Of a stretch of DNA of 64,000 nucleotides, positions 59,578-64,000 are shown one piece after another. The position numbers and the translations under genes were made by a program. Source of the DNA: Candidatus Hermodarchaeota archaeon (GTDB lineage: Archaea; Asgardarchaeota; Lokiarchaeia; Sigyniarchaeales; SOKP01). The stretch is from NCBI GenBank assembly GCA_048885535.1, contig JBHLLO010000001.1:1-64000 (forward strand), written 5' to 3'. Numbering within the stretch: the stretch's first letter is position 1; every line of letters starts with the position of its first letter. Below the pieces are notes generated by a model. It made no database searches and was not told the DNA's origin. It saw only the letters and a program-made list of their open reading frames with translations.

Positions 59578-59832
59578 TTAAATGCCACCTGCTTGTGTAG
59601 CCATGACGGTTATAACATCCTTTTTTGGATGAATCCCTACTTTTGCGAATTTAAGATCATCTGGAAGTACTTTTCCTTTAAAAATGAACTGAATTGCTAA
59701 GATTGGGTTTAACTTATATTCTCTCTGAACTGTCTTTTTGATATCTGCGATAGACTGATTTGGATCAACTTCAATTAATTTTATAGCTTGATCTGGTGGC
59801 ACCCCAGTAAGTCTAAATCTATATTGAGTCAT
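59578..59832 (-). CDS. Ubiquitin-like protein, C-terminus ...QAGG-I
   Basis: Beta-grasp pattern IEVDPNQSIADIKKTV, FIFKGKVLPDD; diglycine followed by one residue. Confidence 0.88.
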   Translation of the reverse strand: MTQYRFRLTGVPPDQAIKLIEVDPNQSIADIKKTVQREYKLNPILAIQFIFKGKVLPDDLKFAKVGIHPKKDVITVMATQAGGI

Positions 59833-59983
59833 TTTTTTTAACCTACTCTTTACTTTATATATATATTTATTAAATTGTAGATTAACTATAATAAAAGGTC
59901 AGCGGTATTGTTAACTTAACTTTAGTCCATTTTTAATCTTTTTAACAGACAAAAATCAAATTTGTTTATTTAAGTAATCTTAT

Positions 59984-60181
59984 TTAGAACTTAAATGGTT
60001 CTGGAGGTGGACCTGGGGGGCTAGGTCGATCTGGTGGTGGGAATGGGCTAGGTTGAGGTGATGGTTGAATAGGTAACCGACTTAATCTATTTTCAATTAA
60101 TGAAATACGATTTTCTAGCTCGTTTAGTCTTTTTTCAATTTTAACAATTCTTTCCAATAAATTTGGGTTTTCTCTCGACAT
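59984..60181 (-). CDS. Small coiled-coil plus proline-rich protein
   Basis: LLERIVKIEKRLNELENRISLIENRLSRL heptads, then PIQPSPQPSPFPPPDRPSPPGPPPEP. Confidence 0.75.
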   Translation of the reverse strand: MSRENPNLLERIVKIEKRLNELENRISLIENRLSRLPIQPSPQPSPFPPPDRPSPPGPPPEPFKF

Positions 60182-60349
60182 TTACTATCAAAATAAAAAT
60201 TCAATATTTAGATATTTATTCTTAACTATAACTTAAAAAAGAAAAAAAATAAGTATACCATATTTGCATTAATTAGTATTTTATAATTTTTTAGTTCGAG
60301 TTTAGTAAAAAAGTATAATTTTATATTTTCTGGTTCTTTCATTATTATT

Positions 60350-61450
60350 ATGGAAAGTTGGAACATCTCGAAAAAGTTAAAGAGTGAGTTACTTAAAAAA
60401 TCCAGTAGTATTGAGGATAATAGTAGGAGAATATTGTATATTCTTAGAAACTTAGGTCCACAAAGATTCACTAATATTATAAAATATTCAAATTTAAGTA
60501 GGTCAACAGTATCTAAGTATCTTAATTATCATCGAAAGGAAAAAAATATTGAGCAAAGATTAATTACAGATAAAGATACCAATAAACAATATCAGGGTTA
60601 TGTTATTACTGAAAAGGGCATAGAAATTTTGGGAGAATTTCCTTTAAAGTTAAAAGATGAGTTATATGTTATTAATGAATTAAAAGAGAATGTCCGAAAG
60701 CTAGAAAGCTTAATCGACTTTTACAAAAAGATAAATCTTGAGGATCCCTTTATAATCCATATAGTACGTATCATCTCTAAAATTGGAGATAACTTCTTTA
60801 AATTACACCAAGATAGAGATCTATATTTATCTCTTTTTTATATATTTTATAACTCAATTTTAGGACAAGGAGCCTTAGCACGAAAATATTGGCATTTTGA
60901 AGATTCTAGTTCTCAAAAATTTGTTGGTTATAAATTGAATTTAGACCAATTTTGTGAATTATATCATGTTTCTAAAGAAGCGATAAGTTATTTAGCACGA
61001 ATTAAACTAATTACTCCTGATTTCGGATTTTATCTTATTAAACGTGAAGCGAATGATTTTTTTTTCCATGAGGAAGATTTGTTGGGCACTACTACAATTA
61101 GATTGATTAAAGATAGATTAATAGATGAAATTATTAATCTTCAAGAGGGTATTTATGATATGATTTATGATCTAGATATCATAGCTGAAGATTTAACAAA
61201 CCAGTTGAAAGAAATGGGCTTGATTTGGGATGCTATAAGAGAACATTTCCAAATGTTGGTTCTAAATCTTTTTATTAAGAATGCTATTGAAATGGGGTTC
61301 TTGGATATAGAACGCGATAAATTAATGGAAGGAATTGCTCAATCAAAAAAATTTTCAATGTCAGAAGAAGGAAAAATACTTCAAAAGTCAATATTAAAAG
61401 GCTTGAAATTGGAAGTAAATCTGAATATCCTTACACTAATCATGGATTGA
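60350..61450 (+). CDS. Winged-helix (MarR/ArsR-like) regulator with uncharacterised C-terminal domain
   Basis: ILYILRNLGPQRFTNI...LSRSTVSKYL...YVITEKG. Confidence 0.75.
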   Translation: MESWNISKKLKSELLKKSSSIEDNSRRILYILRNLGPQRFTNIIKYSNLSRSTVSKYLNYHRKEKNIEQRLITDKDTNKQYQGYVITEKGIEILGEFPLKLKDELYVINELKENVRKLESLIDFYKKINLEDPFIIHIVRIISKIGDNFFKLHQDRDLYLSLFYIFYNSILGQGALARKYWHFEDSSSQKFVGYKLNLDQFCELYHVSKEAISYLARIKLITPDFGFYLIKREANDFFFHEEDLLGTTTIRLIKDRLIDEIINLQEGIYDMIYDLDIIAEDLTNQLKEMGLIWDAIREHFQMLVLNLFIKNAIEMGFLDIERDKLMEGIAQSKKFSMSEEGKILQKSILKGLKLEVNLNILTLIMD

Positions 61451-61624
61451 GAAGAGTTGGTTGTTAAGTTTAATACAAATTAAGAAGGGGTATTTCTATA
61501 TAATTTTCATTTTTTCACTAAATTCAAAAAGACTAGAGTTTTTAATACCTAATTTAACATAAATGCTATAGAGTTAGCAAATCTCTATTAAATTTCTTCA
61601 CTGACAAAAATCCTTACTGAAAAA

Positions 61625-63289
61625 ATGATAATTGTAAGCTTAATTTTATTCACAATTTTATCTATTGGGGTATGCACCTTCATACATTCTAATCATCATC
61701 CAGTAAAAGAGTTTAAAGTCAACGAATTTTTAAAACTAAAATTAGAAAATGGAAAAACAAATATTTATGTAAAAAACCGGGTATTTAGACAGTGTATGTA
61801 TTTACTCTTGAACATTCCTAAGGATAAAATTCATAAGTATGATCATATTGAATCAATTGATGAAGCTGCAGAATCATTAGATAGATCAATGGAGAGAGAT
61901 TTTAGAGTTAGAAGTCAAATTACACCTGAGGAAGAATTTTTAGGACATTGTTCCAATATTCAAGCTTGGGCTGATAATGACTACGATACTCGCATATTAC
62001 ATAGAAATCTAGCATTCCCTCTCTTAAAAAGGCTAGCCGATATTGGAGACCCCCTTGCTATGAAAAGATTTAAAGAAGAGGTTGCAATTAGATATGCTAG
62101 TGGTTATCCCTCAGTAATGCAGTATTTAACTCAACGTGGTTATTTAAATTACCTTACTAGTGAAGAGTTTGAAAGTATTATTAATGATATAGAATCTCCT
62201 TTAATTACTGATATCAGTAAGAAAATAAATTTATACTTAAATCAATCTGATAATGCAAATGTAATTAAGGAAATATCTTATTCTATAGGGGGTTTATTAA
62301 AGACTCTTAAATTTAAGCATAGTTATCTATTATTAACTCGAGTTTTAAAAGAAATACCAGAAGAAGCTAGACAAAAATTTATAGAAATTATTTGTTATAA
62401 TTTTCAAAGTAGTAAGAGTTTTCCAATGCTAGACTTTGTAAAATCCATCGAAAATCATTATAATAATATAAAATTAAATTACATCTGTTATGAAAGTAAG
62501 TTTATTGGATTTTTAACAGGAAATAAATTAAATTTGAGACAAAGGGGAATAACTGAGTTCGAAAAAGTTGAAGGAATTCGAAAAAATGCCAATGAGGTTG
62601 AAGAAATTGATTTAAGCAAAAATCACATATCAAAAGTTAAAGGTTTTGAGGAATTCTTAAATTTACATACTTTAAAGTTAAATTACAACAATATAAGAGA
62701 AATTAATGGATTGGAGCTATGTGAAAAACTTAGAATTTTAGAACTTAATAATAATCAAATTTCATCTTTAGATAGTCTAAATAAGTTAAAATATTTAGAA
62801 AAGCTGTCAATTAGGAATAATTCAATTGAGGAAATTAGTGAAATAAGTAGCCTTAAACACTTAGAGTTTCTTGATCTTTCAGGAAATATTGGTATTAGTA
62901 AGATACCAGAAATGTTAAAAGATCATCCTTCATTAAAGATATTAAAATTATCTGGGTGCCCCCTAAGCAAGTATACTGAATCAACATCAAAATTCTTCTG
63001 GATGGAAGCTAATTATAGTTATTATTCAAATTTTTCCTCAAAGGATATCCTCCAATATCAACATACCTTTAATAAAAATGCTCTTTATGGTAATAGATTA
63101 TATAAACATTTTGTGAAGTGGTTACTAAATATTCAATCAATCAAAATGAAATTTAAATGTGGTTATAAAACTATTAATCAATATGAGATTGAAAGTAATA
63201 AGAGTGCAATTTGGAACGGTAAACCAACAAAAGCATTTATAACTTGGTTAGAAAACAAGAAACAAACTAGAATTACTGACTTTTTATAA
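61625..63289 (+). CDS. Leucine-rich-repeat protein with Lokiarchaeia-type N-terminal domain
   Basis: LRRs LxxLxLxxNxI (LHTLKLNYNNIREI, LRILELNNNQISSL, LEKLSIRNNSIEEI); N-domain with CMYLLL, GHCSNIQAW, LHRNLAFPLL. Confidence 0.85.
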   Translation: MIIVSLILFTILSIGVCTFIHSNHHPVKEFKVNEFLKLKLENGKTNIYVKNRVFRQCMYLLLNIPKDKIHKYDHIESIDEAAESLDRSMERDFRVRSQITPEEEFLGHCSNIQAWADNDYDTRILHRNLAFPLLKRLADIGDPLAMKRFKEEVAIRYASGYPSVMQYLTQRGYLNYLTSEEFESIINDIESPLITDISKKINLYLNQSDNANVIKEISYSIGGLLKTLKFKHSYLLLTRVLKEIPEEARQKFIEIICYNFQSSKSFPMLDFVKSIENHYNNIKLNYICYESKFIGFLTGNKLNLRQRGITEFEKVEGIRKNANEVEEIDLSKNHISKVKGFEEFLNLHTLKLNYNNIREINGLELCEKLRILELNNNQISSLDSLNKLKYLEKLSIRNNSIEEISEISSLKHLEFLDLSGNIGISKIPEMLKDHPSLKILKLSGCPLSKYTESTSKFFWMEANYSYYSNFSSKDILQYQHTFNKNALYGNRLYKHFVKWLLNIQSIKMKFKCGYKTINQYEIESNKSAIWNGKPTKAFITWLENKKQTRITDFL

Positions 63290-63300
63290 ATTAATCTTTA

Positions 63301-64000
63301 TTATGAATAATCTAACATTTTTTCAATCGGTTCTAGGGCTCTTTTAGCTATTTCAGAAGGGACCTTCACTTCAAAAGGATTCTCGGCTAGATTTTCCAAA
63401 ATATATTTAATTAATTCAAGATTATGCTTTTTCATATTGTAACAAATCAATTTATCTTTAGCTAGATATAACTTTTGACTTGGAAAATCTTCCTGCAAAC
63501 GATTTAATAATCCAACTTCGGTTCCTATTATGAATTCATCAAATTTTGAAGAATTCTCCTTAACAAAATTATACATACGCGTTGTAGAACCTACAAAATC
63601 TGCTAGTTCTCTTACTTTTCTTATACATTCTGGATGAACAAGAACTTTTGCTTGAGGATATTTAGCTTTGATAATAATAATGTCATTTTCAGTTATTTGT
63701 GAATGTACATAACAATGTCCATTCTCAGGCATTTTTATAGTTTTAACGTTAGATAACTGTTCAGCATAGTCTGCTAAGTTTGCATCCGGCCCAAATAACA
63801 CAGAATTAACATCATATTCTCTACTAATCTCTTCAACGACCTTTACAGCATTAGATGATGTACAACAGACATCTGACTCTGCTTTCACTGCAGCAGTTGA
63901 GTTTACATACATTACTACAGGGTGATCAGGAAATTTCCTTTTGAAATCTATAACTTTTTCAGGAGTTAGAAAAGCTGCCATAGGACAGCAAGATTCTGGA
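63301..64000 (-). CDS. nadA: Quinolinate synthase, 5'-truncated at window edge
   Basis: Frame is open past the edge (PESCCPMA); YVNS, CTSSNA, GPDANL, CYVH, HPEC, GST, GTE, CYNMK. Confidence 0.95.
   Translation of the reverse strand, partial: PESCCPMAAFLTPEKVIDFKRKFPDHPVVMYVNSTAAVKAESDVCCTSSNAVKVVEEISREYDVNSVLFGPDANLADYAEQLSNVKTIKMPENGHCYVHSQITENDIIIIKAKYPQAKVLVHPECIRKVRELADFVGSTTRMYNFVKENSSKFDEFIIGTEVGLLNRLQEDFPSQKLYLAKDKLICYNMKKHNLELIKYILENLAENPFEVKVPSEIAKRALEPIEKMLDYS

Noticed and set aside
61625-61690. Apparent signal peptide on the LRR protein
   Set aside because: Could be a fortuitous AT-rich in-frame extension; the true start may be nearer KEFKVNEF, so secretion is not claimed
1-64000. 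tRNA/rRNA genes, CRISPR arrays, transposases, integrases
   Set aside because: No GC-rich structured islands outside CDSs, no spaced repeats and no mobile-element motifs seen by eye; tRNAscan-SE/Infernal would be needed to exclude small RNAs

Overview
A very AT-rich, gene-dense archaeal chromosomal segment whose content points strongly to an Asgard archaeon (Lokiarchaeia-like). The evidence is an actin-family protein, two Rab-like small GTPases (one fused to a roadblock-like domain), a longin-like protein, a ubiquitin-like protein ending GG-I, an intact JAMM/MPN+ protease, PCI/winged-helix proteins and an LRR protein. These are interspersed with housekeeping genes (guaB, purH, folD, nadA, comDE-like, acdB, P-type ATPase, DRG GTPase, Ski2-like helicase, Sir2, endA-like, PIN-ATPase). 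I saw no rRNA, tRNA, CRISPR array or mobile element. The most interesting signal is a dispersed ubiquitin-signalling toolkit. It comprises a JAMM protease fused to alpha-SNAP/TPR-like repeats directly upstream of a tandem C2HC (UBZ-like) zinc-finger protein and near a PCI-like protein, a HEAT plus tandem winged-helix protein resembling the UFM1 E3 UFL1, and a Ubl with mixed UFM1-like and ubiquitin-like features that needs C-terminal trimming. Also notable are an actin-related protein with a four-CxxC zinc-ribbon insertion and altered catalytic residues, and sequence evidence for ATT start codons. The ORF track missed or split four elements: an edge-truncated secreted protein, a 53-aa ORF, a HAD pseudogene and a DUF362 gene broken by one in-frame TAA. 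All family assignments come from motif recognition by eye; no database search was run.
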